A stretch of 64,000 bases of DNA from contig PGXV01000005.1 of the NCBI GenBank assembly GCA_002839315.1, positions 155,269 to 219,268 on the forward strand. Direction: 5' to 3'. This DNA is from Spirochaetae bacterium HGW-Spirochaetae-3. Lineage in GTDB: Bacteria > Spirochaetota > Spirochaetia > Treponematales > UBA12059. The notes under the pieces are model-generated. The model did no database searches, was not told the origin of the DNA, and worked only from the letters and a program-made list of their open reading frames with translations. A program made the position numbers and the translations under genes. Below are positions 50,801 through 60,321 of this stretch, one piece after another (within the stretch, counting starts at the first letter, position 1; each line of letters begins with the position of its first letter).

Positions 50801-52128
50801 TCCGCCGCGTCGATACCGACGTCGTCGTATTGGGAGCCGGACCGGCGGGCCTCGCCGCCGCCTGCGCCGCCATAGAGTCCGGGGCCCGCGTCGTCGTCGT
50901 AGAGCGCGAGGAGCGCGTAGGCGGCATACTCAAGCAGTGCGTGCACGACGGCTTCGGCGTCGCCCGCTACGGCCTGAAGCTGACCGGCCCCGAGTACGCG
51001 CTCCGCGACGCCGACCGACTGGCCTCGCTCGGCGCCGTCGTGATGCTCGAGGCGTTCGTATCTAAGGCGGAGCGGACGGACGGCGGCTGCCGGCTCGCCT
51101 GCGTGGACCGGAGCGGGGTCGTCGAGCTTACGGCCGGCGCCGTCGTGCTCGCGACCGGCTGCAGGGAGCGTACCGACCGGCAGGTCTTCATCCACGGCGA
51201 CCGGCCGGCCGGCATCTTCGCCGCGGGCCTCGCGCAGTACATGATAAACGTGCAGGGACTCCTGCCCGGCCGGCGCGCGCTGATACTCGGCTCGGGGGAC
51301 ATCGGCCTGATCATGGCGCGCCGTATGACCCTCGAGGGCATGGAGGTGCTGGGCGCGCACGAGATCAAGAGCGAGCCTTCGGGCCTGTCGCGCAACGTGC
51401 GCCAGTGCCTCGACGACTACGGCATCCCGCTGGAGCTGTCGTCGACCGTGACGGCTGTCCACGGCTCGCGGCGCGTTACCGGCGTCACGACGGCCAGGGT
51501 CGACGCGGCGATGCGGACTATACCGGGCACGGAGCGCGACATAGACTGCGATACCCTTATACTGTCCGTCGGGCTGATACCGGAGAACGAGATAGCCCGC
51601 TCCCTCGGCGTCCCCATCGATACGGCGACCAAGGGGCCCAAGGTAGACCAGAATATGCATACCCTCGCGGAAGGCGTGTTCGCGTGCGGCAACGCCGTGC
51701 ACGTCAACGACCTGGCCGACTACGTCTCCGAATCCGGGGAGACCGCCGGCAGGTCCGCGGCGGCGTACGCCGCGTCTCGCCTGAAGACCGGCGGCCGGGC
51801 GCCGGAGCGCCGTCTGACGCCCCTCGACGCGGGGCCGGGGTTCCTGTACGCGGTGCCGCAGTTCGTCGACCTGGCTGCGCCCCGGCGAGGCGAGCTGGCC
51901 GCGTTCTATTTCCGGTCGCGCGCCACCGAGACGGACGGCGCGGTCGTCCGTATGTCCGCAGGCGGGACGGCCCTGCTCGAGAGGCGTTATCCAGCGCTGC
52001 GCCCGCCCGAGATGGAGCGCTTTGAACTCGATACGGACGCCATCGCCGAGGCGATCGCGGAAGGCGATACGGCCATGCCGAGCGATCGCCGCATCACGCT
52101 GGAGATGGGAAGGCGGTCGGCCCTATGA
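50797..52128 (+). CDS. NAD(FAD)-dependent pyridine nucleotide-disulfide oxidoreductase family protein
   Basis: GTG 50797 overlaps the upstream stop (GTGA). DVVVLGAGPAGLAAA and a second dinucleotide fold LILGSGDIGL. 443 aa. Confidence 0.8.
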   Translation: MIRRVDTDVVVLGAGPAGLAAACAAIESGARVVVVEREERVGGILKQCVHDGFGVARYGLKLTGPEYALRDADRLASLGAVVMLEAFVSKAERTDGGCRLACVDRSGVVELTAGAVVLATGCRERTDRQVFIHGDRPAGIFAAGLAQYMINVQGLLPGRRALILGSGDIGLIMARRMTLEGMEVLGAHEIKSEPSGLSRNVRQCLDDYGIPLELSSTVTAVHGSRRVTGVTTARVDAAMRTIPGTERDIDCDTLILSVGLIPENEIARSLGVPIDTATKGPKVDQNMHTLAEGVFACGNAVHVNDLADYVSESGETAGRSAAAYAASRLKTGGRAPERRLTPLDAGPGFLYAVPQFVDLAAPRRGELAAFYFRSRATETDGAVVRMSAGGTALLERRYPALRPPEMERFELDTDAIAEAIAEGDTAMPSDRRITLEMGRRSAL

Positions 52129-52508
52129 TCGAACTGAAGGAATTCACCTGTATCGAGTGCCCCCGTGGCTGCCGTCTCGCCGTGCGGATAGATTCCGGCG
52201 TCGCTACGGTATCGGGCAACTCGTGCCCGAAGGGCGTCGCGTGGGGAGCGCAGGAAGCCGTGGCCCCGATGCGCGGCTTGACGACTACCGTGAGGATAGA
52301 GGGCTCGTCCAGGCGCCGCCTGCCGGTACGCGCGAGCGGCGATATGCCCTTGTCGCGGCTTCTCGACGCCATGGCCGCGATAGATCCCGTCGTCGTTCGG
52401 CCTCCGGTCAGGCGGGGCGACGTCGTGCTGGCCGACCTCCTGGGACTCGGCGTCGACCTCGTCGCTACCGACGACCTCGAGGCGGACGCCGAGCGGGGGG
52501 CAGAGTGA
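52125..52508 (+). CDS. DUF1667 domain protein
   Basis: 127 aa, FTCIECPRGCRL...GNSCPKG Cys pattern typical of DUF1667. ATGA overlap with the upstream gene. Confidence 0.8.
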   Translation: MIELKEFTCIECPRGCRLAVRIDSGVATVSGNSCPKGVAWGAQEAVAPMRGLTTTVRIEGSSRRRLPVRASGDMPLSRLLDAMAAIDPVVVRPPVRRGDVVLADLLGLGVDLVATDDLEADAERGAE

Positions 52509-54097
52509 GCGGGGATCTCGTACTGTCTATCGACTGCGGGACCCAGAGCGTCCGCGCGCTCGCCTTCGACGCGTCCGGCCGGCTTATCGCGAAGCGCAAG
52601 GTCGACTACGAACCGTACTTCAGCGCGCGGCCGGGCTGGGCGGAACAGGATCCCGAGCTGTGGTGGCGCGCGCTCGTCTCGGCGTGCCGCGGCTTGACGG
52701 CCGACTTGCCGGGGGGCGCCGGCCGGTTCGCCGCCATCGCGGTTACGACGCAGCGCGACTCCATGGTCTGCCTCGACGCCGACGCGAGGCCTCTCAGGCC
52801 CGCCATCCTGTGGCTGGATTCCCGCAAGGCTCCCGCCCCGTACAGGCCGTCGCCGCCCGTACGGCTCGCGCTGTCCGCCATCGGCATGGGCGAGGCCCTG
52901 GCGAAGACGCAGGAATCCGGGGCGTGCAACTGGATCAGGGCCAATGAGCCATCGCTCTGGGATCGTACGCGGGCGTTCGTCCAGGTGTCGGGGTTCCTGA
53001 ACGCCCGCCTGACGGGCGATTTCGTCGACTCCACGGCGTCGCAGATCGGTCACATGCCGTTCGACTACCGGCGGCAGGAGTGGGCCGGGCGGGGTCACAT
53101 GAACTCGCGTATGTTCCCGGTCGAGGCCGGGAAGCTATCGCGCCTATCGCCGGCTGGCGCGGAGCTCGGGCGCCTCGTCGCGTCCGCCGCCGCCGAGACC
53201 GGCTTGCCCGCGGGCCTGCCGGTGATAGCCGCCGGTAGCGACAAGGGCTGCGAGACGATAGGCGCGGGCGTCGTCGACGAGACCGTAGCGAGCCTGTCCT
53301 TCGGGACGACGGCGACCGTGCAGACGACCAGCCGCCGCTACCTCGAGCCGCTCGCGTTCATGCCGGCGTACCCCGCCGCGATCCCCGGCCGCTACAATCC
53401 CGAGGTCGAGATATTCAGGGGCTACTGGATGATAGCGTGGTTCAAGAAGCAGTTCGCGTACGAGGAGGTAGCCCAGGCTCAGTCCAGAGGCATCGCCGCG
53501 GAGGCGATGCTCGACGAGCTGCTCGTAGCGACGCCGCCGGGCGGCCACGGGCTCGTTATGCAACCGTACTGGACCGCCGGCCTCAAGTCGCCGTCGGCCA
53601 AGGGAGCCCTTATCGGCTTCGGCGACGTGCACGAGCGGGCGCACCTGTACCGGGCCATCATCGAGGGGCTGGCGTACGGCCTCAAGGAAGGGCTCGAATC
53701 GATAGAGCGCGTCTCCGGGAAACGGGTGCGCGCGCTCCGCGTGTCGGGCGGCGCCAGCCAGAGCGACTCGATATGCCAGATATCGGCGGACGTCTTCAAC
53801 CTGCCGCTGGAGCGAGGGGATACCTTCGAGGCCTCGGGCCTCGGTGCGGCCATGTGCGCCGCCGCCGGGCTCGGCTGGTATCCGGGGGTCGCGGAGGCCT
53901 CGGCGGCCATGTCGTCGACTCTGTCGCCGTCGTCGACTCTGTCGCCGTCGACAGCTCGCGCTTTCGAGCCGGATCCCGCGAACGCCGCGCTGTACGCCGA
54001 GTTATACCGCCGCGTCTACAAGAAGATGTACAAGGCGCTGTCGCCGCTGTACGAAAGCATCAGAGACATAACGGGCTACCCCGAGCGGCCCGTATAA
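52505..54097 (+). CDS. FGGY-family carbohydrate (glycerol/xylulose-type) kinase
   Basis: GTG 52505 (GTGA overlap). LVLSIDCGTQSVRALAFD...GWAEQDP N-terminal actin-fold motifs. 530 aa. Confidence 0.85.
   Translation: MSGDLVLSIDCGTQSVRALAFDASGRLIAKRKVDYEPYFSARPGWAEQDPELWWRALVSACRGLTADLPGGAGRFAAIAVTTQRDSMVCLDADARPLRPAILWLDSRKAPAPYRPSPPVRLALSAIGMGEALAKTQESGACNWIRANEPSLWDRTRAFVQVSGFLNARLTGDFVDSTASQIGHMPFDYRRQEWAGRGHMNSRMFPVEAGKLSRLSPAGAELGRLVASAAAETGLPAGLPVIAAGSDKGCETIGAGVVDETVASLSFGTTATVQTTSRRYLEPLAFMPAYPAAIPGRYNPEVEIFRGYWMIAWFKKQFAYEEVAQAQSRGIAAEAMLDELLVATPPGGHGLVMQPYWTAGLKSPSAKGALIGFGDVHERAHLYRAIIEGLAYGLKEGLESIERVSGKRVRALRVSGGASQSDSICQISADVFNLPLERGDTFEASGLGAAMCAAAGLGWYPGVAEASAAMSSTLSPSSTLSPSTARAFEPDPANAALYAELYRRVYKKMYKALSPLYESIRDITGYPERPV
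53911..53946. repeat. perfect 18-bp in-frame tandem duplication in the kinase gene
   Basis: GTCGTCGACTCTGTCGCC x2 (53911-53928, 53929-53946), encoding SSTLSP-SSTLSP, followed by a partial third copy. Confidence 0.9.
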
Positions 54098-54107
54098 GGA
54101 GCATTGC

Positions 54108-55835
54108 ATGTCCAATCGAGACGAATTCAAGCCCGAATGGTTCGAAGGCGATCTGCCCGCGAAGAGCTTCAGGTCGATACTGAAGTGGGGAGATCCCAAG
54201 GAATACAAGCACCCGAACCGCAAGCTGTTCGCGCTGATGAAGGAAACCTTCGGCCTCGATGACGACTGGTTCCGCGCCAGGCGCAATGAAGGCCTCGGAA
54301 CCGTTCCGGAGTCATTCCCGAGCCGGCTCGCGCCCGAGCACGTCGCGGCGCTGACGGCGATCGTAGGCCCGACGAACGCGCATGTCGACGCCTACAACCG
54401 CCTCCGCATAGCGTACGGCAAGACGATGATAGACCTGATGCGCCTCCGCTATGGCATCGTCGAGAACCTGCCCGATATCGCGCTATGGCCCCGTAGCCGC
54501 GAAGACCTGCGCGCCGTCGTCGACTATTGCGAGGCTCACGGCATCCCCGTCTACGTCTACGGCGGCGGCTCGTCGGTGACGCGCGGCGTGGAGCCGTTCA
54601 AGGGAGGCGTGAGCCTGGACATGCGCGTGCACCTGAAGCGGGTGCTCGGATTCGACGAGCGCAACCAGACGATAACCGTCGAGGCCGGTATGAGCGGCCC
54701 CGAGCTCGAGCGCGTCCTCCGCGGCGCGCCTAAGGAACTGGGAGCGAGCCGCGCGTACACGGCGGGCCACCTGCCGCAGAGCTTCGAGTATTCCGTCGTG
54801 GGCGGATGGACCGTTACCCGCGGCGCCGGCCAGAACTCGACCTACTACGGCAAGATCGAGGACATCGTCACGGCCCAGGATTACGTCTGCCCCGGCGGCG
54901 TCGATATCCGTACGCGCGACTTCCCCGCGGCCGCGACGGGACCCGATATCGACCAGATCATGATGGGTAGCGAAGGGACCTTCGGCGTCCTGTACTCCGC
55001 GACGCTCAAGGTCCGCAAGTATATGCCTGAGAATACGCGCCGCTACTCGTTCATATTCCGCGACTGGGAGAGCGCCAAGGAGGCGGCGCGCGAGGTCATG
55101 CAGGGCGAGTTCGGCCTGCCCAGCGTATTCCGGCTGTCCGACCCCGAGGAGTCCGACGTCGCGCTCAAGCTGTACGGCGTCGCCGGCACGCCGCTCGATA
55201 CGCTGATATCGGCGCGCGGCTACAAGCCCGGGCAACGCTGCCTGATGCTCGGTACCGCCGACGGAGAGCGAGGCTTCGCGCGCCACGTCGAGCGCCGGAT
55301 CAAGCGTATATGCCGGGGGCACGGCGCGATGAGCACGACCGCATACGTCGTCCGCGAATGGGAGCGCGGCCGCTTCCGCGACCCCTACATGCGCGAGGAT
55401 ATGCAGGACTTCGGCGTCATGATCGACACGCTCGAGTGCACGGTGAACTGGACCAACCTGGAGGAAGTGCATACCGGCGTCCGAGAGTTCTGCCATTCCA
55501 GGCCCGATACCATATGCATGACCCACATGTCGCACTTCTATCCACAGGGCTGCAACCTCTACTTCATCTTCATAGCGAAGATGGAGGCACTCGACGAGTA
55601 CCTGGGGTACCAGGCGGGCATACTCGATAGCATCCAGAAGTACGGCGCGACGATGAGCCATCACCACGGCATTGGCAAGGCCTTCGCCCCCTGGCTCGAG
55701 GGCGACGTCGGCCACGAGTCCATGTCCGTCTTCCGCGCCCTGAAACGCCACTTCGACCCCAAGGGCATCATGAATCCCGGCGGCACGATAGCGTTGGACC
55801 TGCCCGATGAGCAAAGAAGGCTCATGAAGGAATAA
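54108..55835 (+). CDS. FAD-linked oxidase, alkyl-dihydroxyacetonephosphate-synthase-like
   Basis: 575 aa. The N-terminal extension (..ILKWGDPKEYKHPNRKLFALMKETFG..), followed by FAD_binding_4-type (VYVYGGGSSVTRG) and C-terminal oxidase domains, resembles the AGPS/GlcD family. Confidence 0.8.
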   Translation: MSNRDEFKPEWFEGDLPAKSFRSILKWGDPKEYKHPNRKLFALMKETFGLDDDWFRARRNEGLGTVPESFPSRLAPEHVAALTAIVGPTNAHVDAYNRLRIAYGKTMIDLMRLRYGIVENLPDIALWPRSREDLRAVVDYCEAHGIPVYVYGGGSSVTRGVEPFKGGVSLDMRVHLKRVLGFDERNQTITVEAGMSGPELERVLRGAPKELGASRAYTAGHLPQSFEYSVVGGWTVTRGAGQNSTYYGKIEDIVTAQDYVCPGGVDIRTRDFPAAATGPDIDQIMMGSEGTFGVLYSATLKVRKYMPENTRRYSFIFRDWESAKEAAREVMQGEFGLPSVFRLSDPEESDVALKLYGVAGTPLDTLISARGYKPGQRCLMLGTADGERGFARHVERRIKRICRGHGAMSTTAYVVREWERGRFRDPYMREDMQDFGVMIDTLECTVNWTNLEEVHTGVREFCHSRPDTICMTHMSHFYPQGCNLYFIFIAKMEALDEYLGYQAGILDSIQKYGATMSHHHGIGKAFAPWLEGDVGHESMSVFRALKRHFDPKGIMNPGGTIALDLPDEQRRLMKE

Positions 55836-55914
55836 ACGGCCGCCGCCGGGATTCGCCGCACGTGATGCGCGGCTCTTGCCCGGCCGGCGCAACGTAGCGA
55901 GCCGGGACGTCTCG

Positions 55915-56328
55915 ATGCCCTACTATATCAAGAATTTCGGAGGAGCACCGGCCTTGGCCGGCATATTGATGTCGAGCTTCGCGCTGGGGCAATTCTTCGC
56001 CGCGGAGGCCCTCGGCCTGGGGCCCGCCGAGCGCGGATGGCTTCTGGCCTACGTCGGAGCGCTTGCCAAGCGATTCGATGAACGGAATCTTGCAGCGACG
56101 GCCCTTTCTATAACGGCGGTATCGCGGGTACTATACTCCCCGGCGCCATCGGTCCCCATGCTGGTGATGGCCTTGCTTCCTCTGAGCCTCGGCTCGGGGG
56201 TAGCCGGCACGACGCTGAGGACCCTGCTCACGCAGAGCGTACCCCGCGAATCCGTCGGAGGTAGGCTAGGGCTCGCGTCTTCCATAGACAGCATCAACCG
56301 CATCCTGGCTCCTTGCGCATGGCGATGA
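55915..56328 (+). pseudogene. remnant of an MFS transporter gene
   Basis: About 137 codons. The sequence has MFS-like helices (SSFALGQFF.., ..LSLGSGVAGTTLRTLLTQSVPRESVGGRLGLASSIDSINRILAP) but is about one third the length of an MFS protein. Confidence 0.4.
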
Positions 56329-56638
56329 GCTGAAAGGCAAGAAGTGCGGGCGCTATACGATCTGCAAGGGTAGCGATGGGGGCTCTGTAAAATAGGCCTT
56401 CGAATCCGAGTTCTTCACATTAGCCGCCTTCGGCGGGGTATTAGAGGAGCATGACGAAGCATCGAGACGGACGAGGATAGAAACCTTCCTGGCTTCGTTG
56501 CGCCCTAAGGGGGTGAACGGGATCGTAGACTGATTCCAACGAGCGTTCCGCGCGATAATGCCTTGACGACCCTGTTGAGCGCCGGAACCCCGACCGATGA
56601 TAGAATAGGACGGCCCAGTCGCCCGAGGAGATCCGAAA

Positions 56639-57679
56639 ATGGAAGATGCGATCATAGATTACGCCGTACAGAGGATAGTAGAGCTCTGCGCCATTCCTAG
56701 CCCGACCGGCTATACCCGCGAGGCCGAGGCCTACGTATTCGCCGAGCTCGAGAGCCTGGGCTACGGACCCGAATTCACGAACAAGCGATCGGTGAGGGTC
56801 AAGCTGGGAGGGCAGGGGCGCCCCCTCGTGCTCGCGGCCCATATCGATACCCTCGGCGCCATGGTTCGGTCCGTGAAGCCTGGCGGGACGCTCCGCATAA
56901 CGAAGCTCGGGGGATATCCCGAGAATTACATCGAGGCCGAGAATTGCGTCGTGCATACCCGCGGCGGCAGGCGCTTCACCGGCCGCTTCCTCCTCGACAA
57001 ACCGTCGGTGCACGTCAACAACGACGTCGGATCGACCAAGCGCGACGATACCAACCTGGAGATCGTGCTCGACGAGCCCGTATCGAAGGCCGACGAGACG
57101 AAGGCCCTCGGCATAGGCCCCGGCGACTTCGTGTCGTTCGATCCGCGCACCGTCGTGACCGGCAGCGGCTATATCAAGAGCAGGCACCTCGACGACAAGG
57201 CGAGCGCCGGAGCGCTCCTGGCCCTCGCGCGCTTCGTTCGCGACGAGTCCCCGCGCTTCGACCGGGAGATATGGCTCCTGTTCACCAATTACGAGGAGGT
57301 CGGCCACGGCGGCAGCGCGGGTCTTCCTCCGGATACCGCGGAAATGCTCTCCGTCGACATGGGGGCGATGGGCGACGACCTGTCGACCGACGACCGGAGC
57401 GTCTCAATCTGCGCCAAGGACTCGGGCGGCCCCTACGACCTGGAGATGACCGATAGGCTCGTAACCCTCGCCAAGGGGCTCGGTCTTCGCCACGCCGTCG
57501 ACATCTACCCGTTCTATGGCTCGGACGCCGGGGCAGCCCTCCGGGCCGGCTACGACATCAGGCACGCTCTGATCGGCCCCGGCGTCCAGGCCTCCCACGG
57601 CTACGAGCGTACGAGCAGGGAGGCCATATCGGGCACCATCGCATTGACCGCGGCGTACTGCTTCGGGCTCCCGTCGTAG
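56639..57679 (+). CDS. M42 family metallopeptidase (aminopeptidase/FrvX-type)
   Basis: 346 aa. ..LCAIPSPTGYTREAEAYV.., AAHIDTLGAMV, SRHLDDKASAG, TNYEEVGHGGS and a C-terminal IGPGVQASHGYE are typical of M42. Confidence 0.85.
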   Translation: MEDAIIDYAVQRIVELCAIPSPTGYTREAEAYVFAELESLGYGPEFTNKRSVRVKLGGQGRPLVLAAHIDTLGAMVRSVKPGGTLRITKLGGYPENYIEAENCVVHTRGGRRFTGRFLLDKPSVHVNNDVGSTKRDDTNLEIVLDEPVSKADETKALGIGPGDFVSFDPRTVVTGSGYIKSRHLDDKASAGALLALARFVRDESPRFDREIWLLFTNYEEVGHGGSAGLPPDTAEMLSVDMGAMGDDLSTDDRSVSICAKDSGGPYDLEMTDRLVTLAKGLGLRHAVDIYPFYGSDAGAALRAGYDIRHALIGPGVQASHGYERTSREAISGTIALTAAYCFGLPS

Positions 57680-57693
57680 AGGGGGCCGCTTCC

Positions 57694-57846
57694 TTATCTT
57701 CTCTTCGCCCGCCGTACGGTATCGACGACGGCGAGGAGAGCGCCCGCGCCGATACATCCGTATCCCAGTACCTCGTACTTGCCGCCGAAGACGATACCCG
57801 CCAGTATGCGAACGAGGGCCAGGCCGGATAGCCATGATATCGGCAT
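57694..57846 (-). CDS. small hydrophobic protein (50 aa, below ORF-track cutoff)
   Basis: AAGGA 5 nt before ATG 57846. MPISWLSGLALVRILAGIVFGGKYEVLGYGCIGAGALLAVVDTVRRAKRR. Confidence 0.3.
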   Translation of the reverse strand: MPISWLSGLALVRILAGIVFGGKYEVLGYGCIGAGALLAVVDTVRRAKRR

Positions 57847-57988
57847 GGTATCCTTGCTGTTACCTCCCTTGTCCCTATGTACTGAGGCGTTGCGTAGCGG
57901 GGCTATGGAAGCAAATAGCGAAGGGTCCCGGGGACGCGGTACTGTTGAGTCTTGCGCGTTTTAAATATATGGATGAAAATACACCATT

Positions 57989-58699
57989 ATGGAAGAACTA
58001 CCGAAGACGGGAATCGGAGAAAAAGGCCGGCTCGTAGCAACGATCATTATCTTGCTCGTCGTCGGATTCTCGGCTGTTATAGTACTGACATCCAGGGCGA
58101 CTGCCGCTTCCGGGCTGGTCGCAGGCGCGATCATTGCCAGCGTGTCGATAGCGCTCTCGGCGGCCGCGGCCGGCGCCGCCCTCGACCGGTTCCAGAATAG
58201 GCTTGAGCGGACCGCTTCCCACGATCAGCTGACCGGAGCCCTCAATTGCATGGCTTTCTCCGTGTTGTGCGACCACGCGGTCAAGGAATCGCGCCGGAAC
58301 GGGACGCCCCTGTCGGTGGCCTTGTTCGATATCGATGACTTCAATCGGGTCAACGCGGAATTCGGAAAGAAGGCCGGAGACAAGGTCCTGCGCCTCATCG
58401 CGGCCGGCGGACAGTCGGGGTTGCGTCAATGCGACCCGTTGTGCCGTTGGGGCGGCGACGAGTTCATCGCCCTGCTCGCATCGTGCGATACCGACGGCGC
58501 TTTGGCCGCGGCCGATAAATTCCGTACCTCCGCGTCCGACCTATGCGCCGTCGAGGGGCCGTCCGGAGTTACGATCAGCGCCGGCGTCGCTACGATGCGG
58601 CCTGATGAGAGTTTCTATTCCTTGGTCGGCCGGGCGGACGAGTCTCTCGCGTCCGCCAAGCGTAAAGGGAAGGCCGCGACCGTCGTAGCCGAGGGCTGA
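57989..58699 (+). CDS. membrane-anchored GGDEF diguanylate cyclase without a sensor domain
   Basis: Two adjacent TM helices then a GGDEF domain (RWGGDEF). 236 aa. Close paralogue of the next gene. Confidence 0.85.
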   Translation: MEELPKTGIGEKGRLVATIIILLVVGFSAVIVLTSRATAASGLVAGAIIASVSIALSAAAAGAALDRFQNRLERTASHDQLTGALNCMAFSVLCDHAVKESRRNGTPLSVALFDIDDFNRVNAEFGKKAGDKVLRLIAAGGQSGLRQCDPLCRWGGDEFIALLASCDTDGALAAADKFRTSASDLCAVEGPSGVTISAGVATMRPDESFYSLVGRADESLASAKRKGKAATVVAEG

Positions 58700-58760
58700 A
58701 TCGCCGGTCGTCGAGTCGCACCCGTTGTATTTTTCATACGGATCGTTAAAGATGGCCCCT

Positions 58761-60236
58761 ATGGAAGAAGCACGGCGATCCGGCATAGGCGAAAAGTACA
58801 GGCTCATCGGAAGAATCACCGTATTGCTCGTCGCGGGCTTCGTTGGTACGAGCCTGTTCGCGTTCTTCGCGGCCAGGGACTCGATACGGGCGTCCATCGA
58901 GCGCGATTCCCTGCCCGCGGCCGCCGAGTACGTTCATGCCGCCCTCCAGAAGGAACTGCTCCAGCCGCTATTCGTCTCGTCGATGATGGCGAACGACACC
59001 TTTCTCCACGACTGGGTGGAACGGGGCGAGACCGACGTCGACGCCGTCATCACCTATCTATCCGAGATACGAAATCGTTACGGGGCGTTTACTACGTTCT
59101 TCGTATCGGACGCTACCTCACGCTACTACCAGGCGGACGGCGTACTCAAGGTCGTGAAGCCCGACGAGGCCCGCGACGGTTGGTACTACCGCGTCCGCTC
59201 GATGCCCGAGCCCTATGAGCTTAACCTCGATCCGGACATGGCTCACGGCGACGTCATGACCGTTTTCATCAATTACCGCGTGCTCGACAGATACGGCGAC
59301 TTCCTCGGCGCCGCCGGCGTAGGGCTGGCTATCGAATCGATGAACGGCATAGTCGAGGATCTCCGGCTCAAGCACGATACGGCCGCGTACTGCGTCGACG
59401 CCTCGGGGCGCGTGCTCATCGGCTCGCCGTACGGCGTCGAAGCGACTCCGACGGTCTCGGACGACGCGGCGTTGAGTAGGGCGGCCCGCGCGGCCATCGC
59501 TGACGGCGGAGGCTCGTACCGGTATAGGCGCGGGCGCGACGAACGGCTCCTGCTGGTCAAGTACCTCCCGGAGCTGAAATGGTATCTATTCGTAGAGCGG
59601 ACCCCGTCCGCGGCGATGTCGGGCGCCAACCGAGCCCTCTGGCTCAACCTGGCGTTCTTCACGCTCGTCATCGCCGCCGTCATCTCGCTTACCGCCATCA
59701 CGATAGACCGCTATCAGTCCCGGCTCGAGCGTACGGCCTCGTACGACTCGCTGACCGGCGCCCTCAACCGTATGGCTTTCGCTGTCCTGTGCGACCACGC
59801 GGTCAGGGACTCCAGGCGGAGCGGTACGGCCTTGTCGGTCGCCATGTTCGACGTCGATGATTTCAAGCGCATCAACGACGCGCGGGGACATCTCGCGGGC
59901 GATAGGATACTCAGGCTCATCGTAGACGGCGGGCGGTCGGGCCTGCGGCAGTGCGATTCGCTGTGCCGATGGGGCGGCGAGGAATTCATCGTGGCGCTTA
60001 CGGCGTGCGCCGCGGATGGCGCTATCGCCGCCGCCGATAAGTTCCGCGCTTCCGCTTCCGCCCTCTGCTCGGCCGAGGCCGGGATGGTAGTCACGATAAG
60101 CGCTGGCGTCGCTACCCTGCGCCCGGACGAGACGTTCGAGTCGCTCGTCGGGCGGGCCGATGACGCGCTCCTCGCCGCCAAGCGGGGCGGTAAGAATAGG
60201 ACGATCGCCGCCGAGAGCCGGGTATCCGCGCCTTAA
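58761..60236 (+). CDS. sensor diguanylate cyclase (periplasmic Cache-like domain + GGDEF)
   Basis: Start chosen by alignment with the paralogue (MEEARRSGIGEKYRL vs MEELPKTGIGEKGRL). TM, ~270-aa extracytoplasmic domain, TM, then GGDEF (RWGGEEF). Confidence 0.85.
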   Translation: MEEARRSGIGEKYRLIGRITVLLVAGFVGTSLFAFFAARDSIRASIERDSLPAAAEYVHAALQKELLQPLFVSSMMANDTFLHDWVERGETDVDAVITYLSEIRNRYGAFTTFFVSDATSRYYQADGVLKVVKPDEARDGWYYRVRSMPEPYELNLDPDMAHGDVMTVFINYRVLDRYGDFLGAAGVGLAIESMNGIVEDLRLKHDTAAYCVDASGRVLIGSPYGVEATPTVSDDAALSRAARAAIADGGGSYRYRRGRDERLLLVKYLPELKWYLFVERTPSAAMSGANRALWLNLAFFTLVIAAVISLTAITIDRYQSRLERTASYDSLTGALNRMAFAVLCDHAVRDSRRSGTALSVAMFDVDDFKRINDARGHLAGDRILRLIVDGGRSGLRQCDSLCRWGGEEFIVALTACAADGAIAAADKFRASASALCSAEAGMVVTISAGVATLRPDETFESLVGRADDALLAAKRGGKNRTIAAESRVSAP

Positions 60237-60321
60237 AAAAGAATGGAAAAAAAGCGATATCCGAGTCGGTTCCCCGCGCGCGTGCTATTATATATTAAAT
60301 AGAAAAGAGGAGGATCCGGCT

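Noticed and set aside
56395-56425. TTCGAATCC-like sequence (ggccttcgaatccgag) reminiscent of a tRNA T-loop.
   Set aside because: The flanking bases do not form a T-stem, and no acceptor, D or anticodon arms could be drawn. It is not a tRNA or tmRNA.
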